Part shown: positions 41,131 through 50,168 of the stretch, piece after piece
Position numbering within the stretch: the first letter of the stretch is position 1
How the letters are laid out: the number at the start of each line of letters is the position of its first letter
NCBI GenBank assembly: GCA_964384105.1
Contig: CAYLJV010000003.1
Coordinates: 150,307 to 214,306, forward strand
Direction of reading: 5' to 3'
DNA: 64,000 nt
DNA from: Candidatus Hadarchaeota archaeon
GTDB taxonomy: Archaea > Hadarchaeota > Hadarchaeia > Hadarchaeales > JAGGTB01
Notes under the pieces: model-generated
What the model was told of the DNA's origin: nothing
Databases searched by the model: none
What the model saw: only the letters and a program-made list of their open reading frames with translations
Made by a program: the position numbers and the translations under genes

Positions 41131-41935
41131 CTTTAGTAATTATTGTTCCAGCTTCTATATCGCTTCTTATTGCTTTTTTAAGAATTCCTGGTTTTTTTGC
41201 ATTAATTATTTGAGATTTTATACCATCTTTTGCTAAGTTTATAAGAACTTCAACTTTGTTTTTCATTCCGCCTGTTACATCACCTGTTGATGCGAAATTT
41301 ACTGAGGCAGAGATTTCTTTCCATTTTTCGGGGGTTATTTCCGATATTATTTCTGCTTCTTTGTTTTTCTTAGGGTCCATAGTGAAGACACCGTCTATAT
41401 CTGTTCCAAATATAACGCGTTTAACATTAAGTTTTCGAGCAATAAAAGCTACCAACTGGTCTCCTGATAGTATAGTCATTCCTTTTTTTAAATCGGGTAT
41501 ACAATCCCCATACAGTATCGGCATAATACCCAATTCTAGAAGTTTTTCTATGTTTTTGGTTTCCAAGTGGGTAATTTCGCCATTTTTTACTATGGTACAG
41601 GCAGATGTTTGTACTGGAAAGACGGGTACGCCGACCTTTAAAAGGGAATTTACTAATTTTGAGTTAAGTTCCTCCATAGCTTGGTGGGTTTTTGCAAATC
41701 CCATTAACTGATCTTTAGATTGGTACCCTGATGAGATGTTATATTTTTCTGCTAGAGGATGTCCGAAGGAACCGCCTCCGTGAACTAATATGAAATTTTC
41801 CTTAGTTTCGGCTAGTTCTTCTGATATTCTGTCTATTATTTGCTCATTTATAGAAAATTTCTTTCTTTTATTTGTGATGACGCTACCTCCGATCTTTACC
41901 ACTAAAATACTCAGTTTCACAACCTCCATAAACAA
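41114..41935 (-). CDS. ipk: Isopentenyl phosphate kinase
   Basis: KIGGSVIT, HGGGSFGH, SGDQL, DVTGGMKNK; start uncertain (41914-41935). Confidence 0.93.
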   Translation of the reverse strand: MFMEVVKLSILVVKIGGSVITNKRKKFSINEQIIDRISEELAETKENFILVHGGGSFGHPLAEKYNISSGYQSKDQLMGFAKTHQAMEELNSKLVNSLLKVGVPVFPVQTSACTIVKNGEITHLETKNIEKLLELGIMPILYGDCIPDLKKGMTILSGDQLVAFIARKLNVKRVIFGTDIDGVFTMDPKKNKEAEIISEITPEKWKEISASVNFASTGDVTGGMKNKVEVLINLAKDGIKSQIINAKKPGILKKAIRSDIEAGTIITKGDAAE

Positions 41936-42051
41936 AATTGGTTAAACTACTGAAAAATGGTTCTATGAGTTTTAGTTTTGAAATCAACTTTATGATGCCT
42001 TTCGATTCTGTGGTATTAGAAATTGTAGAATAAGCTTAAATTTCCTAACGG

Positions 42052-42699
42052 CTACTCTTCAGAGAACTTTGTTTCGAATTCTTCTAAAGTAACGTCCCAT
42101 TCCTCGTCTTCTTTTAGGTCTCCTCTCTCTAGAAGAACCTGCTTTGCAAGCAACCAATAGACCAATCCTAATGCCTTTTTTCCTCTGTTGTTTGCCGGAA
42201 TTACTAGATCTATATTCTTAGTTTTATTATCCGTGTCACAAATCCCGATGGATGGTAGTCCGATTCTTGAGGCTTCTTTGAGTGGTTGTTCGTCAGCAAC
42301 TGGGTCAGTTATCAGAAGTAGTTCAGGTTCAATGTAGTGTTCATAGGAAGGGTTTGTGAGCGTTCCAGGAATAAATCTACCTGCGTTTGTCTTAACTCCT
42401 GTAACTTCTCCGAACTTTATAACGGGCGTTTTACCGTATTGTCGGGCTGAGACTACGTAGACGTCGTTAGGGTCATAGCTGGCTATGAGTTTTGCTGCTG
42501 CAGATATTCTTTCATCTGTCTGTCTTATATCTAAAACAAATAGACCATCTGATCTTGCCCTATATACGTAAGGTGCCATATCCCCTGTTTTTTGTCTGGT
42601 TCCTATATGGACTCCGCTGGCTAGGTATTGGTCCATGTCTATTAGAGGTTCTTCAAGTTCTCCTACATCTACTTGTATTTCGTTTTCATTTGTTGACAT
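42052..42699 (-). CDS. rps2: 30S ribosomal protein S2
   Basis: YLASGVHIGT, GRFIPGTLTNP, IPANNRG. Confidence 0.98.
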   Translation of the reverse strand: MSTNENEIQVDVGELEEPLIDMDQYLASGVHIGTRQKTGDMAPYVYRARSDGLFVLDIRQTDERISAAAKLIASYDPNDVYVVSARQYGKTPVIKFGEVTGVKTNAGRFIPGTLTNPSYEHYIEPELLLITDPVADEQPLKEASRIGLPSIGICDTDNKTKNIDLVIPANNRGKKALGLVYWLLAKQVLLERGDLKEDEEWDVTLEEFETKFSEE

Positions 42700-43958
42700 T
42701 ATATTTCACCCATTTTTGCTTTGTTTCCTAATTCTTTTTCAATGCGTATAAGTTCATTGAGTTTTGCTATCCTCTCTCCCCCTACTGCCCCTGTTTTTAT
42801 TATGGGGCAACCGAGTCCTACTGCCAAATGAGCAATTGTGTTATCTGTTGTTTCTCCCGACCTATGTGATATTACTGGGGTACATTCATTTTCTTTAGAT
42901 AAATCTACGGCATTTTTTGTGTCAGTAAGGGTTCCTATCTGATTTGGTTTAATCAATATCGCATTCGCTGCTTTTATCGTCATCCCTCTTTTTATGCGTT
43001 TAACATTTGTTACGAAGAGGTCATCTCCACATATAAGACAGTTTTTACCCACTTTCTTCGTGATCTCGGCAAAGGATTCGAAATCTTCCTCCTGAATGGG
43101 ATCTTCAACATAGACAAGATCATAAGAATTAACATAGTCGATAATAATGTCTATTTGTTCGCCAGTGTCTCTGAGCGTTCCTTCTCTTCTGTATTTATAC
43201 TTCTCTTCATTTTGATCATATAAGCTGCTGGCTGCTACATCTAAGCCAGGTCTTATTTCAAATCCTACTTCTTCTGATATCTCCTCGCAAGCTTTTGCGA
43301 CTATTTCTAGAGCATCTTTATCACCGATATTTGGTGCCCAGGCCCCTTCGTCGCTTTTACCACCAGTGAAATATTTATCTTTTTTATTGACTAATTTCTT
43401 GACTCGTTTGTGCACCTTTGCATTTGCAAATACCGCTTGTGTAAAGCTTTCAGCCCCTAGAGGTAGGGCAAGAAACTCCTGTATGTCTGGTGCTGATTTT
43501 CCGGCATGTTCCCCTCCACCCAGTACGTTTCCGAGTGGGTAGGGTAGAGCATTTGAACTGTTAGTGGTGTAATGTTCATAGAGTGGTTTTTCAGAGATCG
43601 AAGCTACGGCTTTAGCAATTGCCATAGATAAGGCAACGATCGTATTGCCCCCCACATTCTCGAGATTCTCAGTTCCATCTAATTTTCGGAGTTTTTTGTC
43701 GAATGAGTCCTGATCTGTAAATTTGGTGTTTTTTAATTCTTTTGCAAGTTTATTTAACTCAGTTATCGCCTTGTTGACGCCACCTTTTGGAAATGCTACG
43801 ACCTCATTTTTCCCCCGGCTAGCACCGCTTGGGGCCGCAGCTCTTCCCGAAGCCATTTTTTTGTCAGTGCTTATTTTGACGGATACTTCAATTGTAGGGT
43901 TTCCTCGGCTATCTAGGATCTTTAGGCCTTCTATTCCCCTAATTTCGAGTTCTTGCAT
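42699..43958 (-). CDS. eno: Enolase
   Basis: LDSRGNPT, PSGAS, EDP, GDDLFVTN, KPNQIG, SHRSGET. Confidence 0.97.
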   Translation of the reverse strand: MQELEIRGIEGLKILDSRGNPTIEVSVKISTDKKMASGRAAAPSGASRGKNEVVAFPKGGVNKAITELNKLAKELKNTKFTDQDSFDKKLRKLDGTENLENVGGNTIVALSMAIAKAVASISEKPLYEHYTTNSSNALPYPLGNVLGGGEHAGKSAPDIQEFLALPLGAESFTQAVFANAKVHKRVKKLVNKKDKYFTGGKSDEGAWAPNIGDKDALEIVAKACEEISEEVGFEIRPGLDVAASSLYDQNEEKYKYRREGTLRDTGEQIDIIIDYVNSYDLVYVEDPIQEEDFESFAEITKKVGKNCLICGDDLFVTNVKRIKRGMTIKAANAILIKPNQIGTLTDTKNAVDLSKENECTPVISHRSGETTDNTIAHLAVGLGCPIIKTGAVGGERIAKLNELIRIEKELGNKAKMGEI

Positions 43959-44095
43959 TTGTTTCACCATGAGCTTTTTTGATTTTATTAACTAGCCTTA
44001 AATCTTTTTACTAAAAAAGGATTTTCTAAAAAAATATATAAAAATAGACTTAAATTAGAAATTCTTCGGAATGGATTTATCTTTGAGTCTATTGA

Positions 44096-44383
44096 CTACT
44101 TCTTTTTGTTGCCGTTTCCTATTTTCAACGAAGTATAGAAACCATAGTTTTTAGATGCACCAAAGTTTATCCATAGATCTTGGTCTTCGTTGACCTTCAC
44201 CTTTATTGAGTCTGGATAAGGCTTTCCTTCTGGCCAGTTTATGTAGCCGCTGGGGAGTACTAGAGAAATTGTGTCTCCTTTTACTGGAATGTTTACTACA
44301 TATGGATCTTTTTCTTCTCTCTTGGCTACTACTCTTAAGCTTGATATCTCCTGATTTTCGACTTTTTCTTTTAATTCTTCCAT
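44096..44383 (-). CDS. Orphan hypothetical protein, 95 aa
   Basis: Strong SD AAGGAGGTGA 4 nt before ATG; no family recognised. Confidence 0.75.
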   Translation of the reverse strand: MEELKEKVENQEISSLRVVAKREEKDPYVVNIPVKGDTISLVLPSGYINWPEGKPYPDSIKVKVNEDQDLWINFGASKNYGFYTSLKIGNGNKKK

Positions 44384-44413
44384 TGATTCACCTCCTTGAC
44401 TTCAAACTTTTCC

Positions 44414-44447
44414 GAGTGAGACATGCAGAAGAATGCACACACCACTC
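44414..44447 (-). promoter_or_regulatory. Leader RNA hairpin upstream of the orphan gene
   Basis: Minus strand GAGTGGTGTGTGCA-TTCTTC-TGCATGTCTCACTC: 13 of 14 positions pair, four as G.U. Confidence 0.5.
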
Positions 44448-44553
44448 ATCTACATTTTCGCTGGATCTCACTTATTAGTAGAAAAAATTTTTGAACTAAG
44501 AATCAGGAATTAGAAATTTCAACATATCTATTCAAGTCTAAAAAAAAGAATAT

Positions 44554-44572
44554 GCGACCAAAAATTGGTCGC
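44554..44572 (-). terminator. Stem-loop terminator after hsp20
   Basis: GCGACCAA-AAA-TTGGTCGC inverted repeat, followed on the minus strand by a T-run. Confidence 0.75.
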
Positions 44573-44585
44573 TTTTCTAGAAGAA

Positions 44586-45197
44586 TCATTTTATTTCTAT
44601 CTTCTTTCCTTCTTCTTCCTCTTTCTTTTTCTTGTCTACTTCGATAGTTAAGACACCGTGTTTGAAGTTTGCGTCTACTTTTTCAGGATCTATTTGGAAT
44701 TCAAATTGGAGTTCTTTGTGATATTTTCTTTCCCCGGTGGTTTTTATTTTCATAGTGTCTTCGGTTGCTGAGAGATCTATATTTTCTTTATCTACTCCAG
44801 GGATCTCAACGGTAATTTCGTATTTTCCGTTTAAGTCCACAACTTCAGTTAATGGTTCACGTTCACCTCTCGGTAGTGGGCTTATCTCTCCTCTTTCGCT
44901 GGGTTTTATATTTCCGAACTCTTGAAATTCTGGCTCTTCTCCCGGTTTTTTAGTGTAAGTAAATCCGTAAACAAATGGACCATATCTTCTTACTTTCCCG
45001 TGGGGTGTTTCTTCTTCCTTAATGAGCTCCTCGAATTCTTGTGGCGATTCTTCGAACCTTTTCATCATTTCTTCAAAGGGATCCCTGAATTCTTCTTCGG
45101 ATGGACTTTCTCCAAAGAGACTTAGTCCTCGTTCCATTTCTCTTCGCATTCTCTTCATCATTTCTTCGAAAATTGAAGGATATCTCCTTTTAGTCAT
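44586..45197 (-). CDS. hsp20: Archaeal small heat-shock protein Hsp20
   Basis: GPFVYGF, FQEFGN, REPLTEV, EIPGVDKENI, ANFKHGVLTI; ATG after GGGAGGTGA. Confidence 0.93.
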   Translation of the reverse strand: MTKRRYPSIFEEMMKRMRREMERGLSLFGESPSEEEFRDPFEEMMKRFEESPQEFEELIKEEETPHGKVRRYGPFVYGFTYTKKPGEEPEFQEFGNIKPSERGEISPLPRGEREPLTEVVDLNGKYEITVEIPGVDKENIDLSATEDTMKIKTTGERKYHKELQFEFQIDPEKVDANFKHGVLTIEVDKKKKEEEEGKKIEIK

Positions 45198-45342
45198 GTT
45201 ATTCACCTCCCCTAGTTTCATTTTCTAACAGGATTATGATTAAATTTTTGTTTATCAAAGTGATCGAATTGTAATTGTCAGGTTTTTCAATTTTAAAAAA
45301 TATCTTTAACTGTTACAAAAACCTTGTCTTTGGATAATGATA

Positions 45343-45378
45343 TAAAAATAAAAAGACAGCGGAATGAGGTTATTCCGC
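45343..45378 (-). terminator. Stem-loop terminator after the thermosome gene
   Basis: GCGGAAT-N6-ATTCCGC just after the stop, followed by TGTCTTTTTATTTTT on the minus strand. Confidence 0.75.
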
Positions 45379-45383
45379 ATGTT

Positions 45384-47006
45384 CTAGTACATGTCTTCCA
45401 TTTCTTCTGGTTCTGATGACATCTTCTCTTCCTTTGCAGCGATTACGTCGTCGATTCTTAAGATCATTATTGCGGCTTCGCTTCCTGAACTGATAGCTTG
45501 GGTTTTGACTGGTAGTGGCTCTATTACACCTTCCTTCATCATGTCTTTTACTTCCCCGAGATAGACGTCGAGACCGAACGAGGCTCCATCTTCTTCGTGT
45601 TTTGCACGGAGCTTGGCTATTGTGTCTATTGGGTCAAGACCTCCGTTTTCTGCGAGTGTTCTAACTATCGATTCTATCGAATCCGCAAAAGCTCTAACTG
45701 CGAGGGCTTCCTTGCCACCGATACTATCTGCATAGTCTGAAATCTTCATTGCGAGCTCGATCTCGGTAGCTCCACCGCCGGGAACTATCTTACCGCTTTC
45801 TATTGATTTTGCCACCACACTAACTGCATCGTCCAAGCTTCGTTCGACTTCATCCACGATATGCTCAGTTCCACCTCTAGCTAGTATGCTTACTGCTTTT
45901 GGATTCTCGCACTTCTCTACGAAAGTCATCTCCTCGCCGGAGATCTTTCGCTCCTCAACGAGTCCTGCTTTTCCTAGATCTGATTTTGTAATGTCTTCTA
46001 TGTTAGTTACTATATTCCCCCCGGTTGCTCGAGCCAACTTTTCCATATCAGATTTCTTGGCTCTCCGTATTGCGAATATCTTTTCTTTTGCTAGGAAGTG
46101 TTGGGCTATGTCATCTATTCCTTCCTGACAGATAACAACGTTAGCTCCCACTTCTTTGACTTTGTTGACCATTTCTTTGAATTCGCCTTCTTCCTGATCG
46201 ATGAACTTCTGTAACTCTTCCGGGCTACTTACTTGAATTTTACTATCCGTTTCAGTCTTTTTAATTTCCATTTCCACGTTCAATAGTGCTATTTTCGCAT
46301 TCTCGATCTTCTTAGGCATTCCTGGATGAACTCTCTCTTTGCTGATGACGAGTCCATCGACCATGAAGCTATCGTCGACGCTACCACCTTCCTGCTTCTC
46401 GATTCCGATGTTGTCGAGGTCTACCGCGTAACCACCGTTGGTTTTCTCGGCGACCTGCTTTGTGGCCTTTACGGCGAGATCCGCGAGAACAGAGATGTTA
46501 GATTTGACCTTTTTGCCAGTCATCGCGGTAGTAGCGACCTTCTTCAGCAAATCTTCGTCCTCGATGTTTATTTCATGAGCGAGTTCTCTCAGGAACTCCT
46601 GGGCCTTAGCTGCCGCCATGGAATATCCCGAAGCGATTATTGTAGGGTGAATGTTTTGGTCAAGAAGTTCACCAGCTTCTTCAAGAAGTTTTGATGCCAG
46701 AACGACGGCTGTTGTAGTACCGTCTCCGACTTCTTCCTCTTGGGTCTCCGCGACTTCAACGATCATCTTCGCTGCAGGGTGCTCGATATCCATTTCCTTT
46801 AGAATCGTAGCACCGTCGTTAGTTATGACAACATCTCCGAAACTATCGACTAGCATCTTGTCCATCCCTCTGGGTCCTAGAGTTGAACGAACTGCTTCTC
46901 CGATTACTCGAGCTGCTTGGATGTTAGATTCTTGAGCGTCTCTTCCTCTCTGTCTTTTGGCCCCTTCAGAAAGAATGAAGATTGGTTGGTATCCCCCATT
47001 TGGCAT
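45384..47006 (-). CDS. ths: Thermosome (group II chaperonin) subunit
   Basis: [36 protein letters not shown]. Confidence 0.98.
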   Translation of the reverse strand: MPNGGYQPIFILSEGAKRQRGRDAQESNIQAARVIGEAVRSTLGPRGMDKMLVDSFGDVVITNDGATILKEMDIEHPAAKMIVEVAETQEEEVGDGTTTAVVLASKLLEEAGELLDQNIHPTIIASGYSMAAAKAQEFLRELAHEINIEDEDLLKKVATTAMTGKKVKSNISVLADLAVKATKQVAEKTNGGYAVDLDNIGIEKQEGGSVDDSFMVDGLVISKERVHPGMPKKIENAKIALLNVEMEIKKTETDSKIQVSSPEELQKFIDQEEGEFKEMVNKVKEVGANVVICQEGIDDIAQHFLAKEKIFAIRRAKKSDMEKLARATGGNIVTNIEDITKSDLGKAGLVEERKISGEEMTFVEKCENPKAVSILARGGTEHIVDEVERSLDDAVSVVAKSIESGKIVPGGGATEIELAMKISDYADSIGGKEALAVRAFADSIESIVRTLAENGGLDPIDTIAKLRAKHEEDGASFGLDVYLGEVKDMMKEGVIEPLPVKTQAISSGSEAAIMILRIDDVIAAKEEKMSSEPEEMEDMY

Positions 47007-47277
47007 CCATTTTCACCTCCTCTATTTTTGGACTCGCAATCTGTGGTTATCTATTTCATCTTATTTCTGATTCTTATTCTTGATTCAATACTTATATTTA
47101 ATATTTTTCTTCTAAAATTAGGTTCTAAGGTGGCCTTCTTTATAATTAGATAAAAATAACCGCCTTATATTACACTAATCTATAGTTTATCCCTTTTGGT
47201 TCTTTTTAGTGGCTCTCTATGTTTCCCTTTAAGATAATGGTACTCTTTCCGTCTCCCAAAATTAGTTGATTTTTAGA

Positions 47278-47352
47278 TGGGGCCGCCCGGATTTGAACCG
47301 GGGTGTCTACCGCCCCATGGTAGGAGGCTAGTCCTGGCTACCCCACGGCCCC
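47278..47352 (-). tRNA. tRNA-Pro(GGG), intron-less, CCA not encoded
   Basis: GGGGCCG/CGGCCCC acceptor stem; anticodon stem CTACC/GGTAG with loop ATGGGGC; T arm CCCGG-TTCAAAT-CCGGG; TATA-like TTATATAA about 30 nt upstream. Confidence 0.95.
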
Positions 47353-47410
47353 ACTTTTGTTCAGTTTTCGTTGGCTTACTTATATAATCTAATTCTTTAA
47401 AGAGCTGTTT

Positions 47411-47490
47411 TTTTGTTACACCTTAACAAAATTTGGTTGAGTAAACCGTTTGTAGTAAAAATATATAATAAATTTTACTTGGTAACATTT
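47411..47490 (+). promoter_or_regulatory. Promoter with two palindromic operators (TGTTAC-N3-GTAACA type) flanking the TATA box
   Basis: TTTTGTTAC-ACC-TTAACAAAA (47411-47431), TATATAAT (~47462), AAATTTTAC-TTG-GTAACATTT (47470-47490). Confidence 0.6.
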
Positions 47491-47538
47491 TTATTCAATT
47501 AGTAATATCTAAATTTGAAGTTTAGGAGGTGAAAGAAT

Positions 47539-47853
47539 ATGGTATGTTATGTTGTTCCTTTGATTGTAGCTATAGCGACTACATTATTTTGGAGTTCTAA
47601 AGGTAAGGGACCCGCTGGCTGGTGGTTAAATCTTTTTCTGTATGGTAGTGCTATTTTTGGTTTCGTGGATCATCTCTGGTTTGGTGAATTATTCTTAATC
47701 AGCAATGCTTGGCGTATGGATCTTTTATTGGGCGTTACAATTACAGCGGCAATCTTCGGTGGTTGGGGCTTGACTATGGGGATGGCAAAGTTGAATCCAG
47801 CCTTAGCTCAAAGAATGGGCTTGGTAAATCAAGAGAGTCAGTTTTCTCAATGA
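47539..47853 (+). CDS. Small (3 TM) membrane protein of unknown function
   Basis: SD AGGAGGTGA; hydrophobic helices; N-terminal Cys and a DHLWFGE motif. Confidence 0.8.
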   Translation: MVCYVVPLIVAIATTLFWSSKGKGPAGWWLNLFLYGSAIFGFVDHLWFGELFLISNAWRMDLLLGVTITAAIFGGWGLTMGMAKLNPALAQRMGLVNQESQFSQ

Positions 47854-47909
47854 TTCAGAGATTATCTTATTCTTATTTCTTTTTTATTTGTTGAGTTACC
47901 TTTAGAAGG

Positions 47910-48572
47910 TCAAGATTTCTCCATAGCTTTTGTGGCTAATTTGTGAGCCGCACGTATAGGTTCAGGAATCTTAAATTTTGGTGATGATTTAAGCGTTATA
48001 TCGATGGCTTTTTCTAAACTTACCTTGTGTCCTATGCTCACATATATTGGTTTTACTCTTGTCCGCGTTCTCAGTACCGCTCCAATCTTCTCTCCGTTTT
48101 CTCTTAAAATTGAGTAAGAACCTTTTTTTGGATCTGGTTCTTTTGCATTTCCGCATAATCGGCTTTTGGCAACTCCTATGGTTGGCTTATCTATTACTAC
48201 TCCAAGGTGAGACGCTAGTCCGGCCCGTCTAGGATGGGCTATTCCCTGAGAATCAACCATGTATATATCCGATTCTATTTTTTTAACAGCGTTTAGCATT
48301 GGTTGAATCTCTCTGAACGCAAGAAAGGTAGGTATGTATGGGAAGTCTATTTTTGCTTCCACGACATTACTGTCTATTTCTTCTAATTCTGGATATTTCA
48401 TTAAGACGCAAGCTGCAAACGCCTTGTTTTTTTCGGAAAATGATACATCGCAGCCTGCGATGGTCTCCGGTTCTCCCACTCGGTCTTCTTTGATAACTCT
48501 ATCTGAAACTTCCTCTTGAATCCTAGATAATTCATCTAGTTCGGTATTTTCGGTTTTTAGTATGTCTAACAT
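47910..48572 (-). CDS. nfi: Endonuclease V
   Basis: GCDVSF, FPYIPTFLAFRE, VDSQGIAHPRRAGLASH, GVAKS, IPEPIRAAH. Confidence 0.97.
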   Translation of the reverse strand: MLDILKTENTELDELSRIQEEVSDRVIKEDRVGEPETIAGCDVSFSEKNKAFAACVLMKYPELEEIDSNVVEAKIDFPYIPTFLAFREIQPMLNAVKKIESDIYMVDSQGIAHPRRAGLASHLGVVIDKPTIGVAKSRLCGNAKEPDPKKGSYSILRENGEKIGAVLRTRTRVKPIYVSIGHKVSLEKAIDITLKSSPKFKIPEPIRAAHKLATKAMEKS

Positions 48573-48738
48573 TTTATTCGAGTTCGATTTTCGATAAGAA
48601 TATTGAAACTATTATTTTTTCTATTCTCTTGTCTTGATTACTTTTTTATTTGTTAGCTTAGGTTGGGTCTTGAGTCATATTATTAGCTTCGCTTTCCAAA
48701 CGAGAGATATAAAATAGGTTAAATTTTAAAGAATAGGG

Positions 48739-49125
48739 TTATTCTACTCTTATTTTCTTTTTACCCATAGCTTCGACGTATTTTATTTCTTGTCCTTCGG
48801 TTATTTGTCCTTGAAGTTCGTCTGGAATAGAGAGCTCAAAGGTTTCGTAACTAGAGAGATCCATTATTTGGGCACTGTCTTCGGTTAGTGAGATTACTTG
48901 TCCATCGTTTACCTCAACATCGGGCACATTGACCTTAGCTTCGGAAGTTTCTTTTATAAGTCTCTTTTTGTTGTCAAATATTCCTACAGCTTCGATACTG
49001 TATTTTGCATGTCCGTGTTTTCCCGGCATCGAAGAAGTTATTTTCGTGATTTTGCAAGGTTTTCCATCTATCTCTATAATATTGCCTTGACTCAATTCGC
49101 TAATTTCTTTCATTTCTCTTGCCAA
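48739..49125 (-). CDS. eif5a: Translation factor aIF5A
   Basis: PGKHGHAK hypusine loop, GIFD, QIMDLSSYETFE. Confidence 0.95.
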   Translation of the reverse strand: MAREMKEISELSQGNIIEIDGKPCKITKITSSMPGKHGHAKYSIEAVGIFDNKKRLIKETSEAKVNVPDVEVNDGQVISLTEDSAQIMDLSSYETFELSIPDELQGQITEGQEIKYVEAMGKKKIRVE

Positions 49126-49199
49126 ATTGAACACCTATCTTAATAATGAGTTTGACTTCAAAAACTTTTACCTTTAATAGAGGGGAATAGCTTGGCAGT

Positions 49200-50117
49200 T
49201 TAGTTACGTATCTTTTTATCACAGATCTCTCGGATTTTTTGGTGGCTTTTTTTCAGCATCTTGGTTTCTTCTTTTTTTATATCCCATTCGATGATATCTT
49301 CTATACCGTTAGCTCCTAATTTGGCTGGAAGCCCTATGGAACCTCCCCTTAGACCATATTCTCCATCAGGAATAACACTGCAAGGATAGACCTTCTCTTC
49401 GTTCTTGAGGATGCTCTTTATCATTAATGTAACTCCTCTTGCGGGGCCAAAGATTGTAGCTCCTTTTCCTTCTATTACATCCATTGCGCTTCTTTTGAGG
49501 TTGCTAAGGATTTTTTTCTGCTCTTTTTCAGAATTTATGGTTCTTTTTTTTCCTTCTACTTTTATCTGAGAGAAGAGGGGAACTTGTGAGTCTCCATGTT
49601 CCCCGATAATATAGGCTTCTACATCGGGCATTTTTATTCTAAATCTTTTTGAGAGGACGTATCGAAAGCGAGCTGAATCTAACATGCCTGCTTCACCGAT
49701 TACTCTTTCTTTTGGCCTATTTCCGTAGTGGTACAGAGCAAAATTTATTACATCAATAGGATTTGTTGTGGTCACCGTTATTGAGTCGGGTGCGTATTCA
49801 CCGATTTTTTCGGCGATGTTCTTTATTATAGATTTGTTTGAATCTATTAGGTCCAATCTTGACATTCCAGGTTTTCTTGGTTTTCCTGCTGTGATAACAA
49901 AGAGGTCAGCTTCTTCGGCATCTTCATAATCTCCTTGATAAATTTCTACTTCCTGTTCCCATGCCATACTGTGATTTATATCTGCAGCTTGGGCGGACGC
50001 TTTTTCTTCCATGATATCAATAAGTACGATTTCTTCGGCTAGGTTTTCCAAGGCTATATTGTAGGCTATCATGGCTCCGAGATTTCCAGCCCCACCGACT
50101 ATGCCTATTTTTTTCAT
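49200..50117 (-). CDS. mdh: Malate dehydrogenase (LDH-like family)
   Basis: GGAGNLG, GKPRKPGMSR (Arg102-type, malate-specific), LDSARF, GEHGDS. Confidence 0.88.
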   Translation of the reverse strand: MKKIGIVGGAGNLGAMIAYNIALENLAEEIVLIDIMEEKASAQAADINHSMAWEQEVEIYQGDYEDAEEADLFVITAGKPRKPGMSRLDLIDSNKSIIKNIAEKIGEYAPDSITVTTTNPIDVINFALYHYGNRPKERVIGEAGMLDSARFRYVLSKRFRIKMPDVEAYIIGEHGDSQVPLFSQIKVEGKKRTINSEKEQKKILSNLKRSAMDVIEGKGATIFGPARGVTLMIKSILKNEEKVYPCSVIPDGEYGLRGGSIGLPAKLGANGIEDIIEWDIKKEETKMLKKSHQKIREICDKKIRN

Positions 50118-50168
50118 GTATAACGCTTCCTTTTCAATTTCCGATTTGCTTGTTGAAAGAATTTGAGA

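Noticed and set aside
44061-44072. ATTC-TTCG-GAAT mini-hairpin with a UUCG loop
   Set aside because: Only a 4-bp stem, and the UUCG loop is on the non-coding strand.
45222-45330. Phr/HSR1-like heat-shock operator upstream of hsp20 or the thermosome
   Set aside because: Only partial matches with wrong spacing in AT-rich DNA; no shared motif found between the two promoters.
46966-47010. Out-of-frame ATG 4 nt upstream of the thermosome start (14-codon overlapping ORF)
   Set aside because: It is too close to the SD; the second ATG has the usual 6-nt spacing.
47313-47325. Unusual A32 in the tRNA-Pro anticodon loop
   Set aside because: A32 is known in tRNA-Pro(GGG); no intron or BHB motif is present.
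43971-47352. Integrated element at tRNA-Pro (ths-hsp20-orphan between the tRNA and eno)
   Set aside because: No integrase, and no duplicated tRNA 3' end (att site) is visible; the cargo is core chaperones.
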